From an uncultured virus (IMG/VR IMGVR_UViG_3300044641_009778) (lineage: Duplodnaviria > Heunggongvirae > Uroviricota > Caudoviricetes): DNA of 60,687 nt. The translations under genes were made by a program, and so were the position numbers. Each line of letters begins with the position of its first letter. Position 1 is the first letter of the stretch. This document shows, piece by piece, positions 32,501-42,700 of the stretch. Location: IMG/VR virus record IMGVR_UViG_3300044641_009778; one strand, given 5' to 3'. The notes under the pieces were generated by a model. It searched no databases. It saw only the letters and a list, made by a program, of their open reading frames with translations, and was not told the DNA's origin.

Positions 32501-33669
32501 CGATTGCTGGTCGGATTAGGATTGAAACGCCAGATTGGTCCCGTGCCGGCGCCGTCGGTAACGCTGGAAGTTTGATCAAAACTAGCAAAGGATGTGGGCT
32601 CGGTACCTCCGCTGGTGCCGCTGCGAATACATTCATAGAAACGCCCCGTAGTGCTGGCCTGCACATAGTCGCCTACGGCATAATAAGTACTGGCTTTCCA
32701 AGCGCTGCGATCGTTTTTACGTGCTTCTCGAACATCGAATTTAAAATCATTGACAACATAGTTGCCGCTTTCGTCATAGGTGCGACGTGCCAGAGTATCT
32801 TCTAGGACATTGTAGAGAGCGCGATTCTGTAGTTTTAATACTACGCCATCGAGTATGCGAATCAGCTCGACAAACCCTTCGGGGCTTTCATCCAACGGCA
32901 AAGTAACAAATTCCGTGGAAATTCTATAGCGATGTGCGCCAGGTGCGGCAAAATTCAGACTGCCCGAGGCATTGTCGGTCAGACTGTTGTCTTCGCTTTC
33001 TGTGATGACTTCTTCGGTGTATTGAATACCAACCTTGGCAGAAATTGTCAACGGATCAGTAACATATTTTTCTACTACTGCGCTGGCAGCCGGAACGCTG
33101 ACAAAACAACCTGCAAGATAGTACACACCCTGTTGTATAGAGGCCACAGCGCTGAAGTCGTCAGTAACTGCGCTGGTGGCTGCGCTTACAATGACATTGA
33201 GTGCAGGTTCGTTGACTATGTAGAGTACCTGATCCGCAGTAAATTTAAATCCGGTGATTTGATTGGCACCGCCGCTGACCTGTTGATTGCCGCTGTTGTA
33301 GGTTACAATCAAGGTATCGGGATCGATGCCGTCGGTGGGTATGGCCTTGACAACAAAGGCTCGCAGACCAGTGCCATCGATTTCTGCGGCAATTTCCTTG
33401 CCTTCGAGATAGCTAAGTTCCTGCGCACCAAGATTAGTGCTGGCCAACTTAATATAACGAGCGCGTGGATGATAGGTCACCTGACCCGGAATAACCACGC
33501 TGCCTTCTTTGAATACATGGTTACCAAATTTGGTGATTTGATCCTGCAGTATGCTTTGCAGCTGATTCATTTCTCGAGCCTGCACAGCCACGCCGGGGCG
33601 GAACAGCACACGATAGAACTGTTTTAGTTCGTCAAAATCATCAAAATATGGTGATTGATTGAAATCCAT
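26542..33669 (-). CDS. Large virion structural protein, VrlC-like / DUF4815 type (2375 aa)
   Basis: N-terminus DFNQSPYFDDFDELKQFYRVLFRPGVAVQAREMNQLQSILQ; LARRTYDESGNY; NRRYTMKDIG; KTGFFVDNF; DPIAQSF; C-terminal FQVKIVM...KNLRVIA. Confidence 0.85.
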   Translation of the reverse strand: MDFNQSPYFDDFDELKQFYRVLFRPGVAVQAREMNQLQSILQDQITKFGNHVFKEGSVVIPGQVTYHPRARYIKLASTNLGAQELSYLEGKEIAAEIDGTGLRAFVVKAIPTDGIDPDTLIVTYNSGNQQVSGGANQITGFKFTADQVLYIVNEPALNVIVSAATSAVTDDFSAVASIQQGVYYLAGCFVSVPAASAVVEKYVTDPLTISAKVGIQYTEEVITESEDNSLTDNASGSLNFAAPGAHRYRISTEFVTLPLDESPEGFVELIRILDGVVLKLQNRALYNVLEDTLARRTYDESGNYVVNDFKFDVREARKNDRSAWKASTYYAVGDYVQASTTGRFYECIRSGTSGGTEPTSFASFDQTSSVTDGAGTGPIWRFNPNPTSNRGLYDPGSTNASIQALASSSDVVLSFGPGKAYVKGYEIDNEVNSFVTLPKARATASSNNITLQTPEGNYIYVDRTRTYGLPDTKTGGLVYMFDRPIFDLSNQYRFGYGRRVGQGRIKFMDYDASGGLKLGLYDVRMDPGRIFDRDVDGIVQFDDTPAVRTSVYNLSGAAKYVGGTIGGSNVLCQYPGAINHSGGATAGVTLPAGTIISVSSGTLGANANFSGLNVGDVVTFNSTSNANRYTVLTINSPTLMTVVGSSITSMIATAASMFVVVPPQTVVGVSTPGGLQTKFLSELRTGDTVRIGANNTGTVTQILSDTRMLLTSVITTATIGVIGVGSANSTVVGSGLLQPDILYQGQTAKFATEVYSNYALGINAKRLTGLFTITDFTGNATTIPAHAAIRLTGTTDARLSLEARAGDLISINDQRMVLTYISSNSVGFAIRPDSTTVGSTTAQYPIIRINNSIIDPDNDSLVYRAADAVRSMRNNVYEVYTTVLFTAAAGTSSFTFTLSAGTSGNNTDQLATNDPNYFLLARRNEANLANPIRVVSVTAGGGGVVTVNLAENLVSAGNYTLLYPVRRTANDPNAELVGGRRTKTLVLDANTTFLTSSTAQRSTLTLNNTDVYRLNKVLMLSSFQASWPATYTAADVQDITENYDFDNGQRSAYYDYSSLKLKSGRPVPTGSVRVFYDYFSHSAGDYFAYNSYDNDFVPYEQAPTFNGVNLKDCLDFRPSVDSADFEPPRFGTGFLTNITYYLGRKNKVLLDQNGTFYTVASASSLNPATPEYNNENCVQLYDLTLEPYTRTAGWPSITTKKIDNRRYTMKDIGGIDKRLENLEITTALSLLETNASSLQIRDNNDPTLERYKTGFFVDNFGDTSNADFQSGSTFSVDFQNQVLYPHITDDGFVLREKISAISPTSTTGEIAAINGVRSGAGSRYRVTGDLLTLDYSTTPVVQQLLATTSLSVTPFLKLLFQQTIDISPDSDIYVNPVTINNIVSENTAVTQQQAINNYRATGDWRPYRIEETITNTLLRSETVSELIPFCRAQTIVFKMKGMKPRAEHYVFFDDFDVGDYCQGAVKMTFTALETLDVTTSRPNAGTAGEWGGYARWRSGAESYTVSGSRRTHYPTDYDDRMPSTTFRDQNRKALSRGAVVLMYETVNGVITEVGSGIIVHQEGATAYIVNGRGKLSAKFIRANATTNGGAGYNYSGATFRVGVSTDNLRTLSNPTSITPANVCTDSTAGTFFSDDKGNLIILMDLPDQDGARFITGRKPIVIVDDSSNTADNWDSRATGTYTVEGFTVTTTNSFHSTKTFRAVPYDPIAQSFKLPDNFGSGAFITDVDIFFAQKPEAERAPIRLEIRPCDLTGRPSGSDIIPGSVVTKYPEEITVDASGRIATKFTFEIPVYLLPDQYYAVCLKSDSVYYKVWIATLGGFDINEPNKMHNFQTLFGSLFKSQDGSLWTEDQFSDLKFRVNRAVFNAGTPATAYVVNEPLPGQNLATDPFLFTHSSTLVRVAHPNHGLRNGDFVRFGSEYWRTQYQNAIALNTTATFPGVNVEISKIFGNTLERDQVYYDDTVARFQVSEVTLNSYVIDLVDTVADLGVGSVSIPPQRATGGNDVIGYGNLQYHVAVPGAKVMNFQETSLSFDVDTVKGITYDFDNNSTDYSVKNDGGNINVATVFDEPKVILNPINEALKHPASRTYTNGETWQHSYVGKFTLNSTSDQVSPVIDLSTLYVRTITHNVNNPTAVSRLYNGGSTLPALNSSSAPVLIKQVITANNTAISFDSVTSSISATAGTFSALVPGSYIVTTGDVVSGYNMNSSTGYLVTGISADGGTAFLSGNVINVQSGFNITVTQLSNYVDEIGTSFGSVQNKYCSKKINLTNPASQLKMIFQGSIPHEADFDIYYKTGPATADFTLRPWTKFNQLPTINKTTKRNDFTEFTVDITDFDSLGNPRDLPSFTAFQVKIVMRTTNGGRVPQFKNLRVIAHA

Positions 33670-33685
33670 GGTTATCCTTGATGCC

Positions 33686-35113
33686 TTAGAAGTTTATGAC
33701 AATATTTATTTTTTCGTTTTGGCCGGCCTGACGAGTTACGGGCTGGCGATAATCCAAGTATAATACTTCGCCGCTGTAGGGCTGCAGCTCCGGTGCATAC
33801 AATGTTGTTCCGTTGCTGGTGTTTATGGTGTTGCTGTAGCCTGCACCGGTTACGGACTCGCCGTTTTGGAACTGGCGCAGTTTGCCGGTGCTGGTATTGA
33901 TGACCGATGTTAAAATATTCTGCGGTACATCGGCCGGCACGGGCTGAATATATTGTAGCTGTGTAGTGCCGGAACTCACAAACACCGCAATACCGATGGC
34001 TCCGCTGCTACCACCGGCCAATACGATGTCCGGAGTAATGGTGGTGACCGATGTTACATTCAAAGATTTAGCGATGCGTCCCGTAGTGGCTGACGCGATG
34101 GTGCCGGTGCTGGTGATTTGATCTGTGCTGTACACCAAAGGATTTTTCACCAAAGCCACACTACGAAAATCTTGATTTACCGGAAAATCTGCGTTGGCAT
34201 AACCACTGATGGTGCCGGTGATCATAACATTAAAAGCCGAACATTCTTGTCGCAGGTTGTTGCCGTGTCCGCCCGCAGGAGCAATAATTGCTGAGGCGCT
34301 GGCCGAATTACCAACACCGTTGACCACAACCTTGGCCCAGGTATAGTTTCGACCTGGATTGGTTACTGTGATGGTGCTGAGACTCGATCCATTGAGTACC
34401 GCACTGGCAGCGGCTCCTTCGCCGTCGCCATAGATGGTCAATGTAGTATTGGAAGAATTATATCCTGTTCCGGCAGCAGTAACCAATACAACGTGTATGC
34501 CGTTGCTAGTAGCGACGTTCTGCGTTGTCGGTACCGGAATGTAGCTACCGGTGATGTAGTCGGCTTCGGCTGAACTGATGTTGTAGAGATATTTCCAAAT
34601 GTAGCCATCGGCAGCGACCTCCGGAGCAGCACCGGTGGTGGTGGGCTGCACGGTGCTGAAACTACCAGTGGGATTGAGTGCGCTGCGACCATTGAACAGA
34701 CACTTATAGACATTGCCCGTACTGGTGACGAACACAATCATGTTGCTGTCCGCAAGATTGAACACCCCATTAACGGTGGGGTTGGCAGCATTGATGTTGT
34801 GCTGATACATGTCATACTTGGTGTTGGGCAACCAATTGTATCTTGTAGTGGCCAGCCTTACATCGCTGTTGTTGAGTCGCAGACCGGCCATGGCATCGCG
34901 CCAGAACGCAGTCTCGTTGAGGTAGTTGTCGTACGGGCTGGGTGGATTGTTGTCGGCCGGCGTACCGTTGGTTTGATTACCGAACGTAGTACTATAGCTG
35001 GTATCGCTCCAGGCCTGCGGTCTACCAATTACAAGATACATGTAATCGGTGCTGAAACTTTGAGCAAAGCTGCTGGCTGCGGCTACGCGAAATTTATTGG
35101 TTACAATGGCCAT
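33686..35113 (-). CDS. gp8: Baseplate wedge subunit
   Basis: AIVTNKFR, VYKCL, DGYIWKYLY, GGHG and SGEVLYLDYRQPVTR...EKINIVINF motifs. Confidence 0.9.
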   Translation of the reverse strand: MAIVTNKFRVAAASSFAQSFSTDYMYLVIGRPQAWSDTSYSTTFGNQTNGTPADNNPPSPYDNYLNETAFWRDAMAGLRLNNSDVRLATTRYNWLPNTKYDMYQHNINAANPTVNGVFNLADSNMIVFVTSTGNVYKCLFNGRSALNPTGSFSTVQPTTTGAAPEVAADGYIWKYLYNISSAEADYITGSYIPVPTTQNVATSNGIHVVLVTAAGTGYNSSNTTLTIYGDGEGAAASAVLNGSSLSTITVTNPGRNYTWAKVVVNGVGNSASASAIIAPAGGHGNNLRQECSAFNVMITGTISGYANADFPVNQDFRSVALVKNPLVYSTDQITSTGTIASATTGRIAKSLNVTSVTTITPDIVLAGGSSGAIGIAVFVSSGTTQLQYIQPVPADVPQNILTSVINTSTGKLRQFQNGESVTGAGYSNTINTSNGTTLYAPELQPYSGEVLYLDYRQPVTRQAGQNEKINIVINF

Positions 35114-35141
35114 GTTTAAACCTGCGTTGAATGTATAGAGT

Positions 35142-35149
35142 TATTTATC
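35142..35149 (-). promoter_or_regulatory. Late promoter variant GATAAATA upstream of gp8
   Basis: Intergenic, 28 nt before the ATG; one mismatch to TATAAATA. Confidence 0.65.
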
Positions 35150-36925
35150 TTATTTTCCTACCGTTGTAATGGAAAGAAAATCTGAACTTGTAGTGGCAAA
35201 CTGCGAATCCGAACTTACCGATATGCTGATGGTGATGGTTTCTCCGGTGACTTCTGCGCTGCCCTGACTTAGTATGCTGAATCTGCTGTAGCTCTGCGAA
35301 CGATTGGCATTAAAGGGTCGGAAAAGATAACGCGCTGTAGTCACCAAAGAACTATCAACCTGCACAGTAATGCTGCTCACCGTTGTTATCATGTTGCTGC
35401 TGGTGTAGAATATGGATTTAGCATACAGCTGCGAACTACCCACCGATACGGCTCGGAAGTTTCTCTGTACTTCGTCGCTGATATTTATTGGGCCAGTGGC
35501 AATTAAATTCGCAGTAGAACTGGCAAATGCCGTAGATGTTACGTCAATGAGTAATACATTGGCCAGTTCGTTGCTGGCATTCACACCAGGATCTTTAATC
35601 CAGGTAATCATTGTTAATACGCCGCTGACATCCGTGATGCTGGTAGTGAAGCTTAATATAGATGTGTTGGCAGTCAATGTCATGGCACTGGTGTTGCGAT
35701 AGCGATCGTTGACTACATTGAAATCTATGCCCAGTCCCTGAGTGACAATTTGTTCACGATTGCCCACACCGGGTCGAATTTTATCCCAGCTTGGTCCTGT
35801 AGGTATGATGGTTTGACGAGACTCGCCGTAGATGGCATCATCGCCTTCTTTCTGCAAGGCAAACGTAACTTTTTCGCCGGGATAGGAATAAGCAGCATCA
35901 TAGGCAATGGCGCCCGCCAACGTAGTTGCGCTGGTGCCAGTGCGGAAGTCCGCAAGTCTGTCAAAACTATAACCCGGTGCAATATAAAAATCCTGTCGAG
36001 TGGGTATGCGCACCGTTGTTTCTACATTGACTGTGCGCAAGAAACTCGATGTATTGTTGGCAGCAATGGTGCTGTCCAGCAAAAGATCGCTGAATAGAAT
36101 TAGGCCCGCGGGATGCAGTTCTTTTAATACTGCCTGAGCCCAGTTTTCTCGACCGATGCGAGTACGAATTACATAACTGAACTGCTGGAAATAGTAACTG
36201 TCTTGTATGACCTGATCGCTGCTCAGCATGCTGCGAGTATTTAAAAATACTCCGGCCGACGTCTGTAATGCCTGTGTCAATGTCATGGTGACCAGACTGG
36301 TGGTGCGATCCGACCAATTTGTGGCTATGGTGGCTATGGTTTCGCCGCTGGTAAAGGTGCCCGTAACTGAACTGGGCTGCAGCACCAATTCCCAGTTATT
36401 TGTGCCTTCGACGCGACGTGTTGTATTAACTACGGCTCGCGCACCAGAACTCGAACCAACCACCACAGTATGTACAGAGCTGTCTGGATTGCCAGCCAGC
36501 CGTGAAATAGTTAATCGACGTTCGTTGTACCAATTGTTGTCCGATGGTTTGAACAAAATGGTGCGAGGATAAAACAACGTAATCTCATCGTTGAAGAATG
36601 CGCGGAAGAAAAATTTAAAGCTTTCTTCGCTGCCTTTCTTATCATAAAACTGCCGAATATATTTTAATACTATGCTGCGATCCGCGCTGGCCTGTAGGGG
36701 AAGATCCGGAGCATACATGGCCATGAATCGAGTCAGCAGACTACTGGCCACAGTATCGATGTCGTTGTTGTAGCGAATATTTTGAATTATATTCTGTGGA
36801 TTGCCACCCTGTTCCAACCATTCGTAATATTTGGTTACAAATATCACAAACATAGGATAATATTCCAGAACATAATCCGGAAACTGCTGTTCGATGAGTG
36901 CGGTTACAGTTTGGCTGGTGATCAT
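35150..36925 (-). CDS. gp7: Baseplate wedge subunit (gp7-like)
   Basis: QFPDYV...FVTKYYEWLE, FYDKKGSEESFKFFFR, IQDSYYFQQFSYVI and LHPAG motifs; lies between gp6 and gp8. Confidence 0.8.
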   Translation of the reverse strand: MITSQTVTALIEQQFPDYVLEYYPMFVIFVTKYYEWLEQGGNPQNIIQNIRYNNDIDTVASSLLTRFMAMYAPDLPLQASADRSIVLKYIRQFYDKKGSEESFKFFFRAFFNDEITLFYPRTILFKPSDNNWYNERRLTISRLAGNPDSSVHTVVVGSSSGARAVVNTTRRVEGTNNWELVLQPSSVTGTFTSGETIATIATNWSDRTTSLVTMTLTQALQTSAGVFLNTRSMLSSDQVIQDSYYFQQFSYVIRTRIGRENWAQAVLKELHPAGLILFSDLLLDSTIAANNTSSFLRTVNVETTVRIPTRQDFYIAPGYSFDRLADFRTGTSATTLAGAIAYDAAYSYPGEKVTFALQKEGDDAIYGESRQTIIPTGPSWDKIRPGVGNREQIVTQGLGIDFNVVNDRYRNTSAMTLTANTSILSFTTSITDVSGVLTMITWIKDPGVNASNELANVLLIDVTSTAFASSTANLIATGPINISDEVQRNFRAVSVGSSQLYAKSIFYTSSNMITTVSSITVQVDSSLVTTARYLFRPFNANRSQSYSRFSILSQGSAEVTGETITISISVSSDSQFATTSSDFLSITTVGK

Positions 36926-38769
36926 GATGTGGTGCTAATTACATTTACACTGATGCCGTTGATTGCAGCATCCACCGGATTGCCGCGTGTATCGTCAAGC
37001 ACAATGATTTCGTTGTTGCGAGGCAAAAGATCACGACTGGCCTGCTGTAGATTGCTGGTTAATCGAATGGTGGTGTCGCCAACATAACCAGAAATCGATA
37101 AATTATCTATGGTGACCAGCCCCGTAGCATAGTTTACTGTACCAACGGTGTCCAGCACTGTATTGGTGGCAGCATCGTAGATATTGAGCCGTCCCGTGCC
37201 TTCGTAGTTGGGCGGACTTTCATCGGGCTCGTCGCCTAGATAGGCATTAACAAAGTTCGCACCATCGTAGTAAACGAAGAAAGTGCTGATGAGTTCCGCT
37301 GGATGTATTTTGCCGGGATATTGAATATCGGCCGAAAACAGTTCGCCGATAACCGGCGAGAATCTTTTTTGCTGTCGTATCACCAAAATATTGCTGATGA
37401 TCGACGGATCCATGTTTTGGATGCTTTCCTGCAGCTGCGACGTATAAAAGCCGGCATTGAATTTTTCTAGGTTAGAGTCAAAATATTCCTGAACCTTTTG
37501 CAATGCCAAAGATTGAATTTGTTGTGCTGACCGTGTGGTGGTGGCAGTACGATATTTTAGATACACATCTACGCCAATATAGACATATTCCGGATCAACA
37601 AAGGCGTATTCCAGAGTTGGTAAACTGCGCGGCGCTAGTACGTTGTTGACCAGACGAATTTTTTCTAGGTCGGTGAGAACATACCCGTCATAGGGTTTGA
37701 CGCTGATGAAGATGGTGCCGTAGCGCGGCGGAACATTGCTTTCTCCGCCCCAGCAGTTCACACTCTGTGCGCCCGGTATGGCCTGTGTAATGGCATTGGC
37801 AAAATCTGAAGTAGTAATGGTGCGATTGCCGGCAACATAGTTATTGCGAGCATTGAATCTAAGCTGATCCGTGGTCTCCGCATCCAACCCGCCCGTGGGC
37901 GCAGTAATGGTGGTGATGATTTTGTCTACTGCGGTTTCGCCAAGGATGCTGTTGCTAAACCAGGTCAATGGTATATTGGCACTGACATTACCAGCCGCAC
38001 CGCTGGTGACAATATATCGGGCTCGTATGATGTCACCGGCCGAAAGATTTTCACCGAGTATGCCGTCACCAAAATAAATTTGATATAAGCCTTCGCTGTT
38101 TTCTTCTACAAAGAATACTTTGCTGTTGGGACTTAACTGTGTAATGTCGGTGACTCGAGTGTAAACATCGATGTAGGATCCGGATCCTCCGTATTGTACG
38201 GCAATCTGCAGACTTTCGATGTCGATATCAGCATTGGGAATTACAAACTTTGTTGCCGGAGTAGGCTGTGGCGGCACGGTCCAATAAAAGTCCAGCTCAC
38301 GACCTTCGTAGACATCGACGTTGTTCCAGGTGTACACACCGCCAATGGGCTCGGTTACATAGCTGTCGGTGGTGAAATAATTGTAGATGGTGTTGTCTAC
38401 AGCGATGCTGAATTTTGTAAATCGTTCCAATGTAGCATAGTTCGGTCCGTTGGGAATATTGAATACACTGACTGAAAGCCGAGCGCGCGCAGCTCGTCGA
38501 CTGCGCGGCGTATAGGCCAGCATCTTGGCTAGACTGGCCACCGAACTGCGTTTCAATGCAGTATCGATGAACATTTCATTGCTGGCCATGTTGGCCAATA
38601 CTGCATTGTAGTGAGTATTATAGGCCAGAAGATCCAGCAGTACATTGAGATTACTGCCTTCGAAATCATAGTCTGAAAATTGACTTTGGCTTTGCAGGAA
38701 GCTCTTTAGGTTTTCTTTGATCTGAGCAAAATCAAGTTCAGTGACTCTGACATAGGGGTTGGCGGCCAT
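36922..38769 (-). CDS. gp6: Baseplate wedge subunit
   Basis: ELDFAQIKENLK...FSDYDFEGSNLNVLLDLLAYNTHY, FGDGILG and WGGE...YG.IFISVKP motifs. Confidence 0.97.
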   Translation of the reverse strand: MAANPYVRVTELDFAQIKENLKSFLQSQSQFSDYDFEGSNLNVLLDLLAYNTHYNAVLANMASNEMFIDTALKRSSVASLAKMLAYTPRSRRAARARLSVSVFNIPNGPNYATLERFTKFSIAVDNTIYNYFTTDSYVTEPIGGVYTWNNVDVYEGRELDFYWTVPPQPTPATKFVIPNADIDIESLQIAVQYGGSGSYIDVYTRVTDITQLSPNSKVFFVEENSEGLYQIYFGDGILGENLSAGDIIRARYIVTSGAAGNVSANIPLTWFSNSILGETAVDKIITTITAPTGGLDAETTDQLRFNARNNYVAGNRTITTSDFANAITQAIPGAQSVNCWGGESNVPPRYGTIFISVKPYDGYVLTDLEKIRLVNNVLAPRSLPTLEYAFVDPEYVYIGVDVYLKYRTATTTRSAQQIQSLALQKVQEYFDSNLEKFNAGFYTSQLQESIQNMDPSIISNILVIRQQKRFSPVIGELFSADIQYPGKIHPAELISTFFVYYDGANFVNAYLGDEPDESPPNYEGTGRLNIYDAATNTVLDTVGTVNYATGLVTIDNLSISGYVGDTTIRLTSNLQQASRDLLPRNNEIIVLDDTRGNPVDAAINGISVNVISTTS

Positions 38770-39161
38770 TATCGTACTCTGCTTAATGTTGTGTTGAACC
38801 GAAGCGGTTGATTGGTGTTTATTATTCTGTACACAATTTCAACTTCCATGCTGATGTCATCGTCGCCCGCAGCAACATCGATGCTTAGAATAGTAATGCG
38901 GGGCTCGTATTTACTGAGAACATCAAAAATAGTTTTTTCTGCGACGTGTACGGTCAGCGGTGTTAGATTTTCAAACAGCAGTCCGTGTACCTGACATCCA
39001 AGATCGGGCTGAAAGGCCCGCTCGTAGTTTCTTGTTTGTATGAGATTGCGAATGCTGTTGCGAATCGCAGCTTCGTTGGTTTTAGTAGCAACATCGCGCG
39101 TGCGCGGATTCAGCGTAAACGCTGCATCTAAATCGGTGAAGGTGCGAGTATTTCTTGACAT
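38769..39161 (-). CDS. gp25: Baseplate wedge subunit
   Basis: FTDLD, AIRNSIRNLIQT..YERAFQPDLG, LLFE and YEPRI motifs. Confidence 0.95.
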   Translation of the reverse strand: MSRNTRTFTDLDAAFTLNPRTRDVATKTNEAAIRNSIRNLIQTRNYERAFQPDLGCQVHGLLFENLTPLTVHVAEKTIFDVLSKYEPRITILSIDVAAGDDDISMEVEIVYRIINTNQPLRFNTTLSRVR

Positions 39162-39166
39162 ATCGT

Positions 39167-39174
39167 TATTTATC
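39167..39174 (-). promoter_or_regulatory. Late promoter variant GATAAATA, 5 nt upstream of the gp25 ATG
   Basis: GATAAATA-ACGAT-ATG; no Shine-Dalgarno between the box and the ATG. Confidence 0.6.
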
Positions 39175-39487
39175 CACCGACGATGAAGGTTGTAGCACAG
39201 TTTGCTGCGATAATACTACCGCAGGGAAAACCAGTGCCGCCGCCGCCGGCTATGCCGTCACCCATTCTGGCTATGGGTTTACCGCCGATAAAAAATCTAC
39301 TGCTGCCACTGGCAACAATGCCGCCGTGAATATCATCGCCGCAGGCATGCACACCCCAGGGATCACCTACGACATGTGCGGCTCGACCTTCGATAAAAAA
39401 TGTAAGATTGGTGGTTCCTGCGCTGGGTCTGGGCGCATGACAACCGTGACCTGAACATACTGCACCTACTAATGCTGCCAAAGCCAT
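39170..39487 (-). CDS. PAAR-repeat spike tip protein (gp5.4-like)
   Basis: CSGHGCHAP, GRAAHVVGD...H, GKPIARMGD and CGS; metal-binding His/Cys residues. Confidence 0.92.
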   Translation of the reverse strand: MALAALVGAVCSGHGCHAPRPSAGTTNLTFFIEGRAAHVVGDPWGVHACGDDIHGGIVASGSSRFFIGGKPIARMGDGIAGGGGTGFPCGSIIAANCATTFIVGG

Positions 39488-39488
39488 G

Positions 39489-39755
39489 TTAGTTCTCCGT
39501 TGAAGATTCTTGATTTAAACTTTGTTCAATTAATTGTTTCAATTCATCATAATTGGGCAGAAGAGTACCATCTAAATTTCGCCAGGTCTGCGTACCGTCG
39601 GCGTTGATGGTGATTTCTGTTACCGGCGAATTATGTGTTAATGTTAGGTACGCATCCCAGGCTGCCTGGGCCAGTATTGTTGGTGTTTGTTCTAAAGTGT
39701 CTGCATCGGTGTAGACACCAGTATATGGTTGAAATACTCGATAGACTTTTTTCAT
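39489..39755 (-). CDS. Hypothetical protein
   Basis: 88-aa ORF coupled to the upstream gene by an ATGA overlap. Confidence 0.7.
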   Translation of the reverse strand: MKKVYRVFQPYTGVYTDADTLEQTPTILAQAAWDAYLTLTHNSPVTEITINADGTQTWRNLDGTLLPNYDELKQLIEQSLNQESSTEN

Positions 39756-42700
39756 GATACGGCTCCCCAGATTGTTCCTACTTTAAGATATGTTACGGTA
39801 TTGCCATTGAGTTGTATGCCACGCCCACCAAGGCCTGCGGGCGGAGCATTTCCGCCGCCGATATCGGTAAAGGCAGCTGCGCCCCAACCACCACCACCGG
39901 TGGACCAATTAAAGTCAGGCCCGATGGGGGCTCCGCGAAATATACGAGTGCTAGGCCCATTATTTGCACTGCCGCCGTCGAGCCCAATTCCGTTGTTTCC
40001 CTCGCCGCCAAATCCTCCTACACCGGGTATTACTCTGCCGCCGGCTCCACCGGGCGCCGGAAAAAATGCAAAAGGATTGGTAACTCTGCTGACACTTCCA
40101 CCACCACCGCCGGCTCCACCGGCTCGGCCCACCAAATTTAACTCTCCACCAAAGGTGTCAACGGCAGGCTGACCTGGTCCACCAGGAGTTCCTTGAGAAG
40201 CCTCGCCACCGCCGGCACCACCGCCACCGCTGAATGGATTAAGCCCAGTGCCACCGCCACCGCCTCCGGTAATATAACCAGAATTAAATAAAATTAGATT
40301 GCGAGTAATAGACAATGCTGGTCCGCCATTCCGCGTAGGGAAACCGCCTTTGCCCATGATGTATCCATAGTTATTTAGGCGTACTCCGCCGGGCCAAGAA
40401 CCGTCAACCACCAATCCAGCCACCGACGTTGTGTTTGACCAAACATAGACTCCGTTGGCTATGGTGAAGGATGCAGTGGCAGTTCCGTCCCAGCCAGCGC
40501 TGAGGGCAAATGTTCTAAGATTTAATTGAAGTCGATTAGAAGTTATTACCGTAGAAAAACTGCTGTCTGAAACCTTGGTGCCGCTGATTGCGCCATAAAT
40601 TGTACCCACACTGCTGAATACCACATCAAACCCTCGAGTTTCTATAGCCTTGCCACCGATACCACCAGCAAAGGCTGGTACTACAGTAGTTCCACCAGCC
40701 GCACCCCAACCACCACCACCGCCACCACCACCGATGTCACCTCCAGTACCGCCGCTCAGAGTAATTGTGCCATTGCCACCGTTGTTTGTTGACGCACCGC
40801 CGGCACCGCCGTTACCGTGATAAAGAAGTCCGCCATCCACTGTTTGTCGAGTAAAATAATAACCACCACCACCGCCGCCGGCACCACCACCACCGCCTGA
40901 CATAGTATTATTTCCGCTGTTTCCAACACCACCGGCGCCGCCAGTACCAGGGAGAATGCGACCTCCTCCGCCACCGGGACCGGCCGCAACAAACCATTGA
41001 ACTGACGGACCCATGCTTCGATTGGACAGGCTAAATGTTCCAGTAGTACCGGCCTGACCAGGCCCGCCACCGAGACCCGGAGCGCCAAAGCTTTGATTTT
41101 CTCCGCTTACTTTTAAATTACCGCCGTTGCCACCGCCGGCGCCACCGCCGCCGCCACCACTGCCACCGCCACCGCCGCCACCACCGCCGGCGATCGTGCC
41201 ATTGTTGGTAATAAACAATGGCGTGCTGTTTAGTAAAATAGCAGGGCTGCCTGGAGAAGGTGCTGTAACAGTTCCCAGAACGTTGGCAAATCCGTCACCA
41301 CCTCTGCCTATGATGTTGCCGTTGTTGACTAATTTTACAACACTATTGACCGGCAAATTATCGTAAGAAAACCCAGGACCACCAACAATGGTACTATAAA
41401 CATACACACCAGCAAACACCGTAATGGTAGCATCCAATGGTGTGGCGCCGTCCCAACCAAGTGCTAGAGCCTGAGTGCGAACATTGTAATCTGCTACGTT
41501 TACTGTAATATTATCAACAAATACAAATCGCGATCCCAGGTAATTAATTTCAATGCGACCAGGTTGACCGTCGCCGCCGGCCCAGGGCTGTACTGTGCCA
41601 CGTTGAGTGCCTGCTCCGCCGCCGCCTGCAGCAAAACCTGTACCGGGCAGACCTGTTACTCCGGTAGGCGCAGTTCTATCTCCACCGTCGCCGCCTTGGC
41701 CGATGTTTGAGTCAATACAATCCGCGCCGTCACCGCCGACTTGATCTGCAATGGCACCGCTGCCTTGAGATACACTACCAGGAGATCCGGACAATCCATT
41801 GGGAACTCCGCCGGCACCGCCGGCGACTGTAACAGATCCCTGTGATAAAAGTCCATCTGCACCGGGCTGTCCACCAAAGGCATAGTTATCACCAAAGTTT
41901 GTTGTTCCACCTATGCCTTTGTTGCTTTCCGTACCGCCTATGCCGACATTCCACAAAAATGTTTGACCTGCAGTAACTGATGTGGTGAACTCAACAAATC
42001 CACCACTGCCTCCACCACCACCACTGGCTGAATAGTTAGTTAGTGCATAACCACGTCCTCCACGTCCACCGCCGCCAAAAAGTCGCACTGTTATAGAACT
42101 TACAGTCAACGGCACATTATATGCACCGCTACCGGTGTCATATATTACGGTAACTGGAACCTGAGATAATCCAGTAGATGCACCGGGTTCAGGCAAATCT
42201 TGACCCACCGCACCACCCAAACTACCACCGGGAAATCTAAAGGTTTCGGCATCGATGTCGCCGCCCTGCACAAACGGTATGACCTGATTGCGTTTGCGGT
42301 TCCAGTTATTCTCCAGAGCCTGTGTTGGATATACTATTTCTTCGAAGTTACCCAGCGCCACAGTCCAGCGCGATGCTCGAACTCGTATTAATACTGTGGT
42401 GGATAGCGATGTATCGGCATTGTAGGCTCGCGCGGAAAAATACGGAGTACCGTCACTGACTACACTTTCGTAGTTGGCGAAGCTCGCCGTACTGGTGTTG
42501 CTGCTCGAAGGCTGAGTAACCCAGTTGCTGTTCAAAGTGTACTGTGGCCAACGACCCTGCAGGCGTATTTCTTTATAGGCTGCCGCACCGGTGCCGATGG
42601 TAATTAATTGTGAACTAACACCGCTGGGTAAGCTAAGATAATCGCCCGCTCCGCCAAGTTGATAATCTACGGTTATGCTGCTGATGTTATTAACCGCCGT

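Noticed and set aside
26542..33669. VrlC as a bacterial virulence factor
   Set aside because: The name is historical; in this context it is a phage virion structural protein.
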